Positions 44,220 through 59,665 of a DNA stretch of 64,000 bases are shown piece by piece; the stretch's first letter is position 1, and each line of letters starts with the position of its first letter. The position numbers were made by a program, and so were the translations under genes. The notes under the pieces are model-generated. The model was not told where the DNA came from and did not search any database. It worked only from the letters and a program-made list of their open reading frames with translations. Source of the stretch: the human T2T-CHM13v2.0 reference genome, Homo sapiens. The DNA lies in NCBI RefSeq assembly GCF_009914755.1, contig NC_060929.1. One strand, given 5' to 3'.

Positions 44220-45420
44220 TTCATTGATTGGTTTAATAAATATTTATTGAACACCTACTAAGTGCCAGGTAGAAAACAAACGAGACAAAGTTCCTGGCTT
44301 TATGGAGCTTACAGAAAGACAAACATACATATACAGTATTATGTCCAGTAATAATAAATACTATAATGTAAAGGAAGATGGGGAAAAGGAGTGATGGGAG
44401 CATCCCTCTTTTAGAGGAGGGGACATTTGAACATTCCTGAATGAAGCATGGGCATTCTTTGCAAAATACTTAAGGGAATGTTTTCCAGTGAAGGGAATCC
44501 CAGAGATCCTGAGTTGAGAACATTCTGGGAGAGGTTTGGGAACAGCGCAAAGACCAGTGTGGCTGCAGTGAAGTAAGAGCCGGGAGCGGGCGAGCCATAG
44601 GAATCCAGACAGGCCGCCAGGCTGGATCCAGAGAGTAGAGGGAAGGGCAGGGGAGGCATGGGAGGAAAGTGACATGGTTTGTCTTATGAGGGCATCTTTG
44701 CATATTACGGCATCTGCCCTTGGTAGAATACAGAGAGCAAAAGTAACGGAAGAGAGATATGAGGCTATTGCTGAAGTCTGGATGACTCAGATGGTGTTAT
44801 GGGTTGAATTATGTCCCCCCCCCGAAAATACATGGAAGTCCTAACCCCCAATACTGCGGATGGGATGAAGACACAAGGAGAAGACAGCCATCTAGAGGCC
44901 AAAATTAGGCTTGGAACAGTTCCTTCCCTCAGCCAGCAGAAGAAGCAACCCTGCCAACATCTTCATGTTAGACTTCTGGCCTCCAGAGCTGTGAGACAGT
45001 TTCTGTTGTTGAAGCTACCCAGTTTATGATACTGTGTTACAGCAGCCTTAGCAAACTGACACAGATGGCTTAGATGAGGTTGAGGACACTGGAAGTAAGA
45101 AAGGGTTGAATTTGTAATATATTATGAAGTTAAAACCGGTAGGATTTGCCGAGGCATTAGACATAGGGGCAGTGCTAGTTGTTTGGCCCATGAAAGAGAG
45201 AACAGGAGAGAAAAACTGAGATCAAGGGTGAGACAGTAATGTTGACTCCTGAGTCATTAGAGCCACTGGGTAGATGGTGGTGTTCTTTGCTGGAGATGAC
45301 AAACACTGGGGAAGGTGGATTTGGTGGGCAAAAGTCAAGAATTGTCAAGGGACATGTGAAATTTGCAGTCCCTGTTTGACATCTCAGATAGCTGGAAATG
45401 TCAAGGAGATGTGACAGAGT
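44220..45420 (-). mobile_element. L2 interrupted by an MLT1B LTR
   Basis: ttcattgattggtttaataaatatttattgaacacctacta reverse 3' end; L2 similarity resumes after 45068. Confidence 0.75.
44795..45063 (+). mobile_element. MLT1B-like LTR, internally deleted, 5-bp TSD
   Basis: TSD gatgg at 44790-44794 and 45064-45068; tgttatgggttgaatt ... gcaaactgacaca. Confidence 0.88.
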
Positions 45421-45963
45421 CATACATGCCAGCTATGGTGACCATCACACTCTACCACTGCTGCCTCTGAAACTATAAAGCTTGGACCACTCATTTCCAC
45501 TGAGAGCCATGCTTTAGAATTGGTTTTTCAGAGGTAGGGTGGGCACCACTGGTTGCATGCAGGATTACACTAGTCAGTACACAAATAGTTTTAATTAGCA
45601 TTTAATATTTTTAAATATGTATAAGGAAAAATGCATATTACAAAGACATGTTTTCAAGATGTTATTACATAGGCCATCATTAAAATTGAAGTATTTAAGT
45701 TTTTTTAAAAAGTCATCTATTTAAATAAAACTATTAAGAAAATATCACATGTAGTATATGTAATAGTACTTGTGCTACATGGATATGGAAAAAATTAATA
45801 AATGACTGAAAGTTTAGGACACAACCTAAAGCATTTATAATGAGCTCCCTAGCCCTGTCTCATCACAGTCTAAAAACCACTTTCTTAGGGCTGTTTTTAA
45901 TTACAAGTCACATCATCAATTCAGTAAGTAAAGATCAGCATTTGTTTGAAAAATCTGGAAATA

Positions 45964-46452
<489 letters not shown>

Positions 46453-46919
46453 TTAACTGGACTTTTCTGGAGATGAGAGAAAATGATCTCTTCTCCTTAC
46501 AAGGTTATTAATAATAGAAGTTTCATAAATTGTGATTAGTTCTATGGGTTTTAAGAAGCCTATGATGTCATAATTGAAAATGTGCTCTACTTCTAAACGG
46601 CACATTTCTTTGATGTTCATTTGGGTTTCTGATCCCTATTTTGATAGGCTTGATAATGGTTAAATCTCCCTGTCTTACAGATTCTATCAATTGACTTATT
46701 TTCATGGAATATTTTTGACTTTGTATAATCCTGTATGGCTTTACTTATGTTCAGGGATCTCTTTAATAGTGCCTATTTGTAATGGCTTTGTTACATTTAA
46801 ATATAGTGTTTAGTAAGAGGTTTGGTTGGGGGTGAGATATAAACTATCTCAGAGGTGAGTAGATAAGTTTATTCTTCTCTGAAAATGCATGTGATTCTTT
46901 TCAGAATTAAAACTCTTTT

Positions 46920-47235
46920 TTATGTTGTTGCTTTTGTTTTTTCTTTTGAGCCCGGGTCTCGCCCCATCATCCAGGCTGGAGTGCGGTGCGTGATCACGGC
47001 TCACTGCAGCCTTGAACTCCTGGGCCCAAGTGATCCTCCTGCCTCAGCCTCTCGAGTAGCCAGGACCATAGGCGTGGGCTACCACGGCAGGCTTTTTTGT
47101 TTGTTTGTTTGTTTGTTTTTTAAGTAGGTCTCCTCATATCGCCCAGGCTGGTCTCAAACTCCTGAGTTGAAGGGATCCCCCAACTTCAGCCTTCCAAAGT
47201 GCTAGGGTTACAGGCGTGAGCCACTATGCCCAGCT
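46920..47235 (-). mobile_element. AluJ
   Basis: Perfect 15-bp TSD aattaaaactctttt at 46905-46919 and 47236-47250. Confidence 0.95.
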
Positions 47236-48570
47236 AATTAAAACTCTTTTGAATGGACTTTTAAGAAGCAGGCTGGGAGGCCCTCAAATATATGCTCCGA
47301 TATATGATTTTCTGGTTTTCTAGGCTAGAAATGCCTAATGACAGATTTTTTTTAATGGAACTAATGCTAAAATTATAGATATACTTAGTTTTAAATTTTC
47401 CTTGTGCCTCTCCTTTTGATATACAATAACTTATACCTGATTTAAAGAATTAGGCTTTTATAAATTGTCTGATGTTAGCAACTAAATTCACTGGGCACCC
47501 ATTATTTCACGCCTGATACATTGTTTTCCATAGAGCATTCTTGTAAATATGTTTACATGATGCAAATTAAGCTAAAGTACTAAGCTATCAGATCTGTAAT
47601 GTTAGGGGAACAATAATTTATTTAAAAAGTATGATCTGTAGTGTTAAGGGATATTTATAATTTCTAAAATGACTTAATAAGAGAAGGCTTGGTGAAAGCA
47701 TTTAGCATAGAGATGAAATATGTCTCATTAAGTTTCTTCATTATGCACATGTCAACTCTTCTTTTGTTAGTCTCTAAGAGTTTATTTACATAACTGAGAG
47801 TTGCTTCTTTTATTAATGATAGTTATCCCAGCAAAATGATTTTGGTTGGGTTCACCTGAGCAATAGAATGTGCTTCCTTTTTCACAAAACTAATGGTGAG
47901 GAATCCACCTCTTCCTCAGCCAGCTCCCCTTGCAGTGAAGAGCCCTATTTGCATATGTAAATAAGCCATTCAGTTTAGAGCCCTGTGGGGCTTGCCCAGA
48001 TCTAATTTGTTATTTTGCTGATGTTGATGGCATTAACCAGGAGGTGAGTGATACCAGGAGACTGATATCTCAGTCTGGAATGACAGTGCCAGAGTCTGAA
48101 GGCTGTCATTTAGAAAAAGAGAAACGCATTCTTAGAACTTAGAATTTGGGAAAATGAAGTCACAAATTTTGCCTTTAGTGTTGAGTGACATAATTTAATG
48201 TTTTCCTGAACACAGAAAGCTATGTGAACAAACCTGTTATATAGGATCATCAGTTCCCTGTGATACCACTTATGAGAGCCCTGGTTGCTTTTTCAAAAAT
48301 GCATAAAGTATTACATGATTGAACTGATAATAGCTGTACTTAAGTGACTAAGCTCAAAGGTTTAGAGTTTGTACCTTTCTTGGATGTGTCGTAGGATCTG
48401 GTAGGTAGCAAGACTGGGAATAGGGAAAGAAAAATATTTTCAGGTAGAATCTCCCTATAGTGAAGAAGCAGGCATGTTCAGCTTCTAAGGAATTAAATTC
48501 TTCTCACAGATTCCCCTCTTGGTTCTAGCTATGTGCACCTTTCCACAAAGTCTCAGTGTCACCAAACTAA

Positions 48571-48650
48571 CATATATATATGTGTGTATATGTGTATATA
48601 TATGTATATACATATATATGTGTATATACGTATATGTATATATATACGCA
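48571..48650 (+). repeat. Compound (TA/TG/CA) alternating purine-pyrimidine microsatellite
   Basis: Direct reading. Confidence 0.9.
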
Positions 48651-51191
48651 AATAACCATCACAAACTTTTTTTTTTTTTTTTAGCAATAGGATACCAAGT
48701 GACTAGTTCATTGAAAATTAAGGTTAGTTTAAGGTATCAGTCACATGGAGAAAAACTTGTGGTGAGCTGTTTACAGTTCCTTTATTTTCACTCCATATGC
48801 AATTTATTAAATGACTTTAATCCTCCAGGCTCTTCCTTGTTTCTATGAAGATGTATTACTGGAATTTCTGTGTAAATACATTGATTATTTCATAGCCCTA
48901 TTTGTTCATTACAAGCAGACTATTGTTACAGATTTATTGTACTTGAAAATAAATTACATAAAATGGACACCAGGTTTCAAAAACCTAACCCTTAAAGGAT
49001 GTGCTTGCCCTCTTTAAATTAGTCTCCCACCTACTGGGAGTTTAAGATTCAGATCCTGGGTTTAATATCAACATCTGCCCCCTGCCGAGTTCATGGTACA
49101 ATTAGCTAATTAAAAAATAAAATAACATTTTCACCTTGGAGTCAGAAGAAGAGCAATAAACCACAGGCCCAGGATTTAGTTAATTTGCACATTGACTGTA
49201 ACTGTGTATTTAATGCTGAGATTAATTTTTTTCCCGATGAGTAGGAGCCTGGCACTGTGCTTTAGAACTCTTAAATCAGTTGTAATCATTCCATAGGGAA
49301 GGTTAGTAAGGGCGGTTCTTCACATAGATTAATGAGGATAATTATTTATTTACATTTGATAACTTCTTTTAGGGGGAAAAAAGGTTTAAAATCACCTTCT
49401 GATAAACCATTAAGTTGAAAGGAGCACTTTCACATCAAACTAAATAAATAATCCATGATGCTGTTTTTCAAACACTGTATTTCTCATGTGAAAACTCTTG
49501 ATTCTATGGAAATGGGAAGACATGCTCAGGTTTTTGCTTGGTTTTGTTTTGCTCAATGGTCAGTGGGTCAACGGATAGATTCTCTGTTCTTAAAGCTTTG
49601 GTACATTTTCTAGGTCAGCCGAGTTTCAAGACTATTTCCTTGCATTTTTTTCCCAGAGAAGGTAGAGAAAGAATGCATGTTGGCAGGGCGGTTACTAGGA
49701 AAAACATAATCCTGACTGGCAATCTGCTACTTATAACATTTCCTTTTTGAAAGGTAAGCATTATACTGTGAACGCCGAAGCAGTGATTATGGGCAACTCA
49801 AGTGGGTGTGATTGATACATGTCTTAAAAGTATAGAGCTGTTATTCCTAGACGAAGAAGAAAAAGAATACTTAAGTATTGTAATATAGAAATTGCATTTT
49901 TATCTAAGGAGGTCTTTTCACCCTCCTCTGTTAAGAGATCTGAGCAAATGCTAGCCCTCATCTGAGGGTCATTTCGCTGCTGGTGTTGACTCTCACTTGC
50001 ATGGGGCCTTTAAAGCCAGGGATTTTGTGAGACCATCTCTCGGTTGCTTTCATCTCCCTTTCCCTGGAGTTAATGCTCACAGTGGGTAGTACTTGCTTCT
50101 TAAGTTTGTTCACTGTTGTCCAGCTCTGAGAGGTGGAGAAGTAAAACTCTATACCATTAATGAGGCCCCATTCCAAACTTCCCTTTTAAAATATAGTACC
50201 TTGGGTGGTGTGTTTGTGTGTTTGGCATGGAATGAATAATAGGAAGGTGTTATGCCTTTCCGTGTGACCCATATGTCCAATATGTATATGAGGGCATTAA
50301 CAGGATCGGTCTTAGGAGAGACCACTCTTTTACATAGGTTTAAATTACAGACTTAATGCTAAATCTCTGTTTCAGCCAATAAAATACAATGTGCATTTAG
50401 GGGCATAGTTTTTGGTGGCTGTCAGACACTACGAATTCTGCCAGGATGATGGACACAGGAGCTTCTGAGGCAGGCGACTTGTCATGGTTTGGAGGAAGAT
50501 TGTGATTTCCACATCATTTTGTTCATATCTAAATGGGTGGGATGTCTAACCCTAAGAAGACTCCGCAGTGCTTTCTGTTATTTCAGGAAGATGGACTTCA
50601 TATTCAGAGAAATCATGTTCCAGTTTCCCTTAGTATTTTTGAAATACAGACAATTATCAAATAATAGGAAAATGTAGATTTGATGGGAAATATCTTAATA
50701 CTGGGTTGTGTTTGTGACTTTATTACACACTTGCACATATAAGTTTGTTTATAATAAAATAACTTGCACATCACATGTGCTTTTGTGGGGGAGAACGTGT
50801 CTTGTGTTTTTGTTATTGATGTTTAGCTAAAACAAAATACAGTGCCGTTAAACACTGTCCCTCTCCCTTTTCTGACCATTTCTCCATCATCCCACACCCC
50901 ACCTTCTCCCTTCCCACCTCTCGTTCACTCCCCATCTTCCATTCACTGTCAGGAAGGGCAGCCTCCGAAGAGCCATTTCAACTCAGCCCGACATCGCCAG
51001 AGACTAGTGGACCCAGCTGCTTCAAAAGTGAGTGTGTCCTGTTGCCCTGGGCAACGGGTGTGCATGGCGGCGTGGTCCCGCTGCGGTAAACAGGGTGTGG
51101 GGTTTTATTTATGCTGGTATATTCCAGGGCTTTAGAATATGGATATTGAGAGGAGTCAAAGTCTTCTCTATTAAATCAAGACCATACACGT

Positions 51192-51600
51192 CAGTGGTGT
51201 TCTGGTAAGTGTTTAACAACCAGTCCTGAAAAATGAAACAAATCCCTGATGGTAGCATTTGCTGGTTTCCCTGGTGTAGATACTCCCACCCTGGCCAGTT
51301 TCCGGTACCAGTGTGACATCCCCGAACTCAGAGCTGGGAAGAGAGGCCCAGTGGAACACTGTTATATAGTTGTATTATGTAGTTTTTCCACCGTATAAAT
51401 ACAATTGATGTAAACCCTCTTAAAATGTAGCAAACTACATAGGAAGTGTATCAGTTTTAAGTATGTGTTACCCTTGTTTTCAATGTAATATATTTACTTT
51501 AAATTTAGATATTTTTAATTCACAGTAATGGCTATTTTTAACAACTGGCTTGGAAAACTGAAAATTTACCAAGCTGGGATGGGTTGGCTTCAGGGCAGCA
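51192..51600. mobile_element. MER63-like hAT-Blackjack element
   Basis: cagtggtgttctggtaagtgtttaacaacc...ggtgtagatactcccacc. Confidence 0.75.
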
Positions 51601-52305
51601 GTTATACATGTTATGTACGTGTTGAGAATAGTCTTAAGCCAATTGGTCATGCCCAACTCTTTTTAATAGATAGCAGTAGCCACAGAAAAGTGGTTGAAGT
51701 TTTGTGTGAGGATTTGCTCATCCCACACAGCTCAACTAAGTCTCAGGCCAGTTCTGTGTAACAGACTTTAATTGAACAGTTATTAGCAGACAGGCACGAA
51801 GCATTCATGAAGCCTGTCCTGTAAACTCAATGAAGTTCCAGCTTTCTGGCGTTTTTAAGTGCTCCAGTCAAATTTTTCCAGACGACAGTTCCACTCCAGG
51901 TCAACGTGTCAACTTTCGAGAGGCAGGATTCTCTCACCTTTTGAGTGGACACCAGGGAATGGGAATCCTCTGACCCAGTTGCTGGACATAAGGCCATTTA
52001 GCAACTGATCATCAGATGTCCTGAGGGTAAAAGTTGTAGACATCCCTAGATTCTCATGCTCTGTTCATATAAGGGTGGAAAATTTTGCCAATTCACTTAT
52101 CTTAAATACCACTAGTTTCATTGACGAAAGCCTGTTTTTAAACATCTGCCATGTGAGCAGCAAGCCACTGATACTGATTTCACCAATGAAAATCCATTTG
52201 AGTATGCCAATTAGCAAAATCTCTGGTGTTGACTAAGACACAGATACCTCTGATATAATGCTAGTTTACCACCCTTGGGAAGTAAATTCTGATTAGAACC
52301 ACTGA

Positions 52306-52659
<354 letters not shown>

Positions 52660-55579
52660 TAAATATATTACATTTTCTATGCTGAAGTGTTTGAAACTAG
52701 ACTACAGATGTCATAGCTCTTTGTCACATTCATTAAGTGTCTAGGGCATCCCTTCCCGCCGAGCCGCAGACAACTCACTTTAGCTCAGTAGCATCGAGGT
52801 GAAGTCCCGGGAGTTCTGTTGGTACATGAAGGAAAAAATAGACTAGCTTCGAATAAGTCATATGGTTTCATCATGTAACATGTGAATTTTGCTAATGTAG
52901 AGCACAACTCAGAGTACGGCGGGGCCTTCTTGGACCCTACCTAGGAGTTTTCACTAATGAGGCACTAAAATACTGGGTGCATTAAGTACATGCACTGTTA
53001 TACACAGCATGCACCTCATGATCAGTGGTGTTTTAAGGACTCAGCTCAGCATGTGCTTTTGTTCCCCCTCTTTCTTTTGTCCTGTATTCATTTCATTCTG
53101 TCTTGGCATTTGCAGAAATACTGTGCCTCACCATGCAGTGTGTTCTATAGTACACTATAAATTAGCTAACTTTCTTCTACTGGTGGTGAGAGTCTTTTTG
53201 CTGTTCCATTTTGTTTTGAGCAAGAATCATGGCTTCTTTTCCTAGACAGACTTTAAGAGGAACTCATTAAACTGCCACAGAGAAGATGTCTGTTGCCTTA
53301 ATGTGCCGTGTGAATTGGTTCAGCGACATTACCAAATAGGTTTAAAAGGTCACATTCTTTCCTCCTCAAAACACTGCGGTAGTAGAAATTTGAGGAGGGC
53401 CTAAAAATGTTTTCTAACCTTAGGAAGCCATAGGAGAAGCCACGGTTTGCTGTGTGGATACATTACTTGGACAGTAAATGGCAAATGGAAATGTGCATGT
53501 ATGTAGCTAGTGACCTTTCTTTATAAGCACACTTTGCTTAGATTCTGCACTATGTCATTTTCAACTCAATAACCTGAGTCGTAGTGAAGAATTCTTACAA
53601 ATTACAGGTTCCTATATTCTGGGGGTCAGTAACAAATTACGGTAAACCAGCTGCCAAATCTTTTGAGAACACTGATTTTATTGTGAGTCTACGTTGAAGA
53701 AGTGTGTTCCGATAGAAATGTTTAGCTTTACAATGGCAATATGATATGGTGCAAATAATAGACTGGACTGGATTGTATGTTAGGCTTTGTCATTAACCAG
53801 CTCTGTGGACTTGGGTGATCATTTAACACTGAGCCCCATTGCTCTAGATTTTCTCATCTATGAGGAGAGTATAAGAAATGTTCTGTTAATCAAATTATGG
53901 AATTGTTGCATTTTTCCACTAAGGCTCCTTAGAACTAGATATATCACCATGTAGTCTGAGATTTTCGACTGCTATTTCTCAATCCTAAAAATCTCTCTAC
54001 ACATGTCATTCCTTATTCCTTGCAAAGTATTATTATTAGGCAGTCTTCTCTCAGTATCTTCAGAGGAAGTTAATTTTTAAAAGAGAAATTACTTTAAAGC
54101 TATAGGGAAAATATGGGCCAGAAATAAGGGGCTCATTTTCAGCTCAAGGAGTTGGCTTTTTTTTAGCCTGATTTTTTTCTTTGTCTTAGAAAGCCTTTTG
54201 TACTTTGAGTATAGAAAAACAAGCTTTTAAATCTGTTTTATTAGACTAAGAGTAAAGGGTTAGGGGGAAAACAAAGATAAGTATTGTGCCTCTGATTGGC
54301 TAAGCTTGTCTGCTGGGAATTTCTAAAGTGCCTTTCACTTTGAGAATATGCTCACCTGTACTGTCCCTCAGTATGAGCTCCGTAATACAGCAAATGAACA
54401 AAGAATGAAGCAAAACGGGCAATAGGAATAGTAGTTCAAAGACCATGGAGCAGTTATTTGTAGAGCTGGTAAAGGCCTCTGTTAAATAAAAATCTATTTG
54501 ATATGGGAGCATCAGGGACATGATCTGGTGGACAGAAGGGAACACGAGAGTGTACAGAGGATTAGTTTTCAAATCTGGCATTTCAGCACAAAAGAATAAT
54601 GATGATTTATTCTAGATGAGCTGTCATTTTACATTGGAAGCTTTGCTGATCCAGAATAAACAGGTTCATAAAGATGGTATGAGATTTTGAGTATGTGAGA
54701 GCAAATAGTGGTAGGCATAGCATCTGATCAATTTCAAAACCCGAAAGTGTTGTAACAGTCTACCCTTCTTTAAAAAACAAACCAAACTACCCAAATTCAC
54801 AGATAATCCAACTTTATATAAACCTGCATATAATTCTAAAATACATTGTTTCGGTCTGCTGTAGGGCTTGAAAATCTTTTATCCTAATTCTCAGCAATTT
54901 CTTTACCTTTCTCTAATGATAACAAGGTTTCTAAAACCTGGGCTTTCCTGCTGGGAAAATCAGCCCAGAGCTATCTCAGAGCAGATGGTCTTCTTTTCTC
55001 ACTACTATAAACCTTTTAGGATTGATCCTTTTTTTCATTTTTACCTATCTGAAGAATAAGTGTCTTTGACACCTTAGAAACCCACTGTTCACAGGGGACA
55101 AGAAGCTGCCTTGGCCAGAGTTCATAGTTGCATAGATGATATAATATAAAGGTAATGGAAAATCAAGGAATTGTGTTTCTGTCTGTAGCATCAAAAAAAT
55201 AGGTTGATTTTTAAGCACTAAGGGGATAGGCTTTAAAATGTCTACATTTTTGAGCCTTATTATGCACTGAGTTTCTGGATGGTAATTAACACCTTCCTAG
55301 TCTTAGGAATTTCAAGTGTTAAAGAATAATTTCTTCTTTTTCAGAGGGTGCAATACTAGTTACTATATTTAAGGACATAGAAAGATGAGGAAGGGATTGG
55401 AAGACTGGTTGCCATAATTATTCTGGGAGTATTTTAGTCACATAAAATGTTGTACTATGTAAACTTTATAAAAGCCTTCAGGGATGATAAATTTCTAATA
55501 GAAAATTCTGAGGCAGCTTATAGTTTTTTTGTGTTTTTACATCAGTCATCCATAAATTATCTTTGGTCCTAACTAAAAT

Positions 55580-55790
55580 GAGCATGAATCTCATTTCTGA
55601 AACTTATTAACTATGACTTTGAGTCAATTACTTAATCACCCTGAGAAAACCACAGCTTCCTCATCTGAAAAATAGGGAACAAAAGCATCTCAATCTCATC
55701 AGGTTATTTTGAAGATTAAATGAGATAATGCATAAAAAATTTTTACCACATGGTCAGGCACTTAATGAGTACCAAATTATAACAATCTTT
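55580..55790 (+). mobile_element. MIR
   Basis: cagcttcctcatctgaaaaataggg...gaagattaaatgagataatgcat. Confidence 0.75.
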
Positions 55791-55924
55791 TAAGTTATGA
55801 TTACTGTTACCATAGTTATTTGGTAATCATTATTTTTTCCCCTCATTTGTAAATAAGCAGTTAGTACCACATGATTGTTGAGGTAAAATGTCTGCATTAT
55901 TAAAAGTCTATACAGTTCTATGTA

Positions 55925-56237
55925 TTTTTTTTATTAAAAAATAATTTTAGAGACAGAGTCTCACTTTGTCACTCAGGCTGGAGTGCGGTAGCACAGTCTT
56001 AGCTCAGTGTGGTCTCTTAAGTCTTGGGTTCAGGTGATCCTCATGCCTCAGACTCCCAGGTAGCTAGGACTACAGGTGCATACTGTCACACCCAGCTCAC
56101 GTTTTTATTTTTATTTTGGTAAAGACAGGGTCTTGCTATGTTGCCCAGAAATGCTCTCAAACTCTGGGGTCAAGCAATCCTCCTGCCTTGGCCACCCAAA
56201 GTGCTGGGATTACAGGTGTGAGCCACTGTGCCTGGCC
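55925..56237 (-). mobile_element. AluJ
   Basis: Reverse dimer; cagttcta on both flanks (55913, 56239). Confidence 0.93.
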
Positions 56238-57494
56238 CCAGTTCTACTATACTTTTTAAAAAAATGCTTATCGTACACTCAGCAGTGTGTTAGCCATGGA
56301 GGAATATAAATTGCAGTGTTTAATTCTTACCCCCAGAGTGTCGTTTAACTGGCAAAAATAAGTAAATGAAGCAGAGACAATAAATGAATTGCCTGGTAAA
56401 CACTATCAATGCAATGTTGATTTTTGAGTGGAGGGAGATCTGAGTGGCAGCCAGAGAAGGTGTCCTTGAAGTGGTGGTTTTCCATGTGGGCCTAGAAGGT
56501 GAGGTGGGACTTTTTAAACAATATGAGCTTAGGCCTGTCCATTATGTGAATGCATGCAGTAGTCATCGGTTGGGCCAGGAGATAGGGGATGTGACACAGG
56601 CCAAGATGAGGTGGAAGGTATGCTCTTGTCATGGCCCTCTGTGGTGGGAGACACTGCAGCTCCGAGGTCATGTGCCCTATTTTCAAATTGTGTGTACCAG
56701 CTATGAAGCCAAGGGAAAATCTTGTATCAGTACAATGGGGGAAGTCACACCATGTACCTCATTAGGAATGTTATAATTAGACGATCTGTTGAAGCCACTC
56801 CGTAGAGTGATCAGGCTGTTTTGGTGTAAGTACAGCCAGTACTTAGTTAAATGAGACATAGTCTGCCCTATGACCCAGCGGCCTCAATCCTAAAGAGGGC
56901 ATGTTTGTATGAGGCGTGTACCCAGGTGCCTTTTGGAGCATTGTCATGACAGAAAGTCAGAGGTTTTGTGGGCATTGACAGTTGTGGGTGGTTGGGTAAA
57001 TGGGGGAATGTCATGGAGTACCATTTAGCCATTGGAAGCAACAGCCCGAAGGAACACACAGCAATGTGGATAGAGCTTAAAACATATCACTGTGTGGAAC
57101 CAAGCTTAAAAAATCAATTCTGCAGTATCATACTTTTAATGTCAATCAATTAAAAGTACACACCACATAATGTACATTTCATAGGAGCATGTGCAAATAG
57201 CCGAATATCCATCAGATATAGAGAAAGATTGCTTGGAGGCAGGAGGGGAGGGCCTAGGACTGGAAAGTAGCCATGCAGGTAAGTAAATGGATGGGTGATT
57301 GAGGAGGAGGAGTCAGCCTACTCTCTCCTCTACACTTGGATCTCCACAAGAATAAATTGGTAAGCAAAGAAATATGATATAAGGGAGGCTTAAATGCTTG
57401 AGTGAGAAGTGGATGCAGCCACCTGTAAGGTAAGTACTGCTATGGGGAGCAATGGGATAGCTAATACTGACACAGTATTCCCATGGGTCCAGCC

Positions 57495-57705
57495 TGCTTC
57501 TAGTTGCTTTACACACATGTGAACCACTTTCATCTGTACAGCAACCTGAGGATTTTGGGTACTGTTAGCACCATGTTGCAGATGAGGAAACTGAAGCAGG
57601 GTGAAGTTCAGTAACTTGCACAGGGTCGCACAGCTGGTAAAAGTGAAGCCAGGATTCAAGCCCGATTACTCTGGCTTTAAGCCCCTGTTCTTAACCACTA
57701 AGCCT
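57495..57705 (-). mobile_element. MIR
   Basis: gcagatgaggaaactgaagcagggtgaagttcagtaacttgcacagggtcgcacagct...ggattcaagccc. Confidence 0.85.
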
Positions 57706-59168
57706 TGCTGACTCCTGATGGACGTACCTAAAGTGGAGACGAGAGGTAGAAATGCCTTCCACAGATGGTACCACCGGCACGGGCCTGGCATTCGCAACTG
57801 CTTCCTCTTTGTGGAGGCTGACCATTTTCTTTCAGTGTGTGCACATGTATATAAAACTTCTTATTGAAATATAATATGGACTCGTTAGTGTACAGCTTGA
57901 TGAATTTCCACAAACCGAACAAGATCAAGCAACACAGAACAAGATGGACAGCCCTGAAAAACTAAGGAAAACAAAAACCTCTGTCATTTGTACTAGGTAC
58001 TAAATTATGATGCTGGAAAACAACGTCATGAAAAACATAAGCCTTTAAAAGCAAAAACAATAGAAATGTAAAACTTTCTGAAATTGCTAGAGGTATCAGG
58101 CGTTCCTAAGGCATAGAAAAAGCCCTCTACCTTTTCATTGATTTTTTTACTACAGTCAGTTGCTTCTGTTATGACTGGCCGGGAGGCATGGATGACTCAT
58201 GAAGGAAAGTGGAAAAATCTCTCAATGAATTTAAAGGCAGCCTCCTGTTATCAAAGGATAAAGCAGTTTGAGCTGCAAGCATTAGTTAGACATAAATAAA
58301 TAGATAAATACCTATCATGATTGGATCATAAGGAAGACCTTGCAGTGGCCAGATAAATGAATTTTCTTCTCTCCTGGTCATTGTTTAACTCTGTGGGACA
58401 ACTGTCTTAGATGTTCAATGTCAATTCCTGTGGGCCACGTTTGCCAGTTTGCAGGACAAAGCTATGACAGCGTGTATCACACTAAAAGGATAATGTTTTC
58501 CCATATTTCAAATGGCCAATTCTGTGTCCAGAAAAAGTATCATGTTGTGTTTTGGGGCTACTCTTAACACATCTTCTACCTACCTGGCAAATTTGTACAC
58601 AACAATTCAGCACCTTTGGGCAGTGAGGTTAAATAACTCACACAAGATCCCAGAGCTAGTAAAAGGTGAAGCCAGGATTCAGACCAGTTAATCTCTGTAC
58701 TTTGCCATCATAGCCTAGTCCTTGCCACCAACATCTAGGAAGGGCTTGGCCTCTTTCCTGGGGCATGGACTGTGCTGGGCAATGCAAGATTTCTCAGGGT
58801 TCAAGAGGAAGGCAACCACTATACCTTCTTTTTTTCTCTTTTAGCCTCAAGTAATCGTGATGTTCTTTTTACCTAAATGTCAGAGAACTCTTTTGGCCTA
58901 GATACCACTCTTCTGGCCCCTGGCTCCTATGGACCTAGGTAAAGCTGCAAAGCTGATGGAAGAGTGTTCATTCTCCTTATGGTTCCTAGCCCAGTTTACA
59001 AGGATTTTTTGTCTCCGTTGGCTTTAAGAAGAACTGCAGACCCCTAACAATTCTATTGAAAAATGGGCAAAGGAAACAAATGAACAGTTCACAGAAAAGC
59101 AAATATGAATAAATGGCTCATATGCATAGGAAATGATTCTCAACTACCCTTATAAGAAAAGTACAATG

Positions 59169-59496
<328 letters not shown>

Positions 59497-59665
59497 TTAT
59501 GTGTTTAAAATATATACACACACACACACATATATATATATATACATACACAAATTACCTATTGGGTTGGCAAAAATCTAAACCTGGGAGTATTTCTGGT
59601 TTCTAAAACTGGAAATCTAAAACTAAAAGTATTTTGCAGCTATGCTTTCTGGGAAAATAGCTTGC

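Noticed and set aside
52779-52820. tagctcagtag looks like a tRNA/Pol III A-box
   Set aside because: No B-box and no cloverleaf
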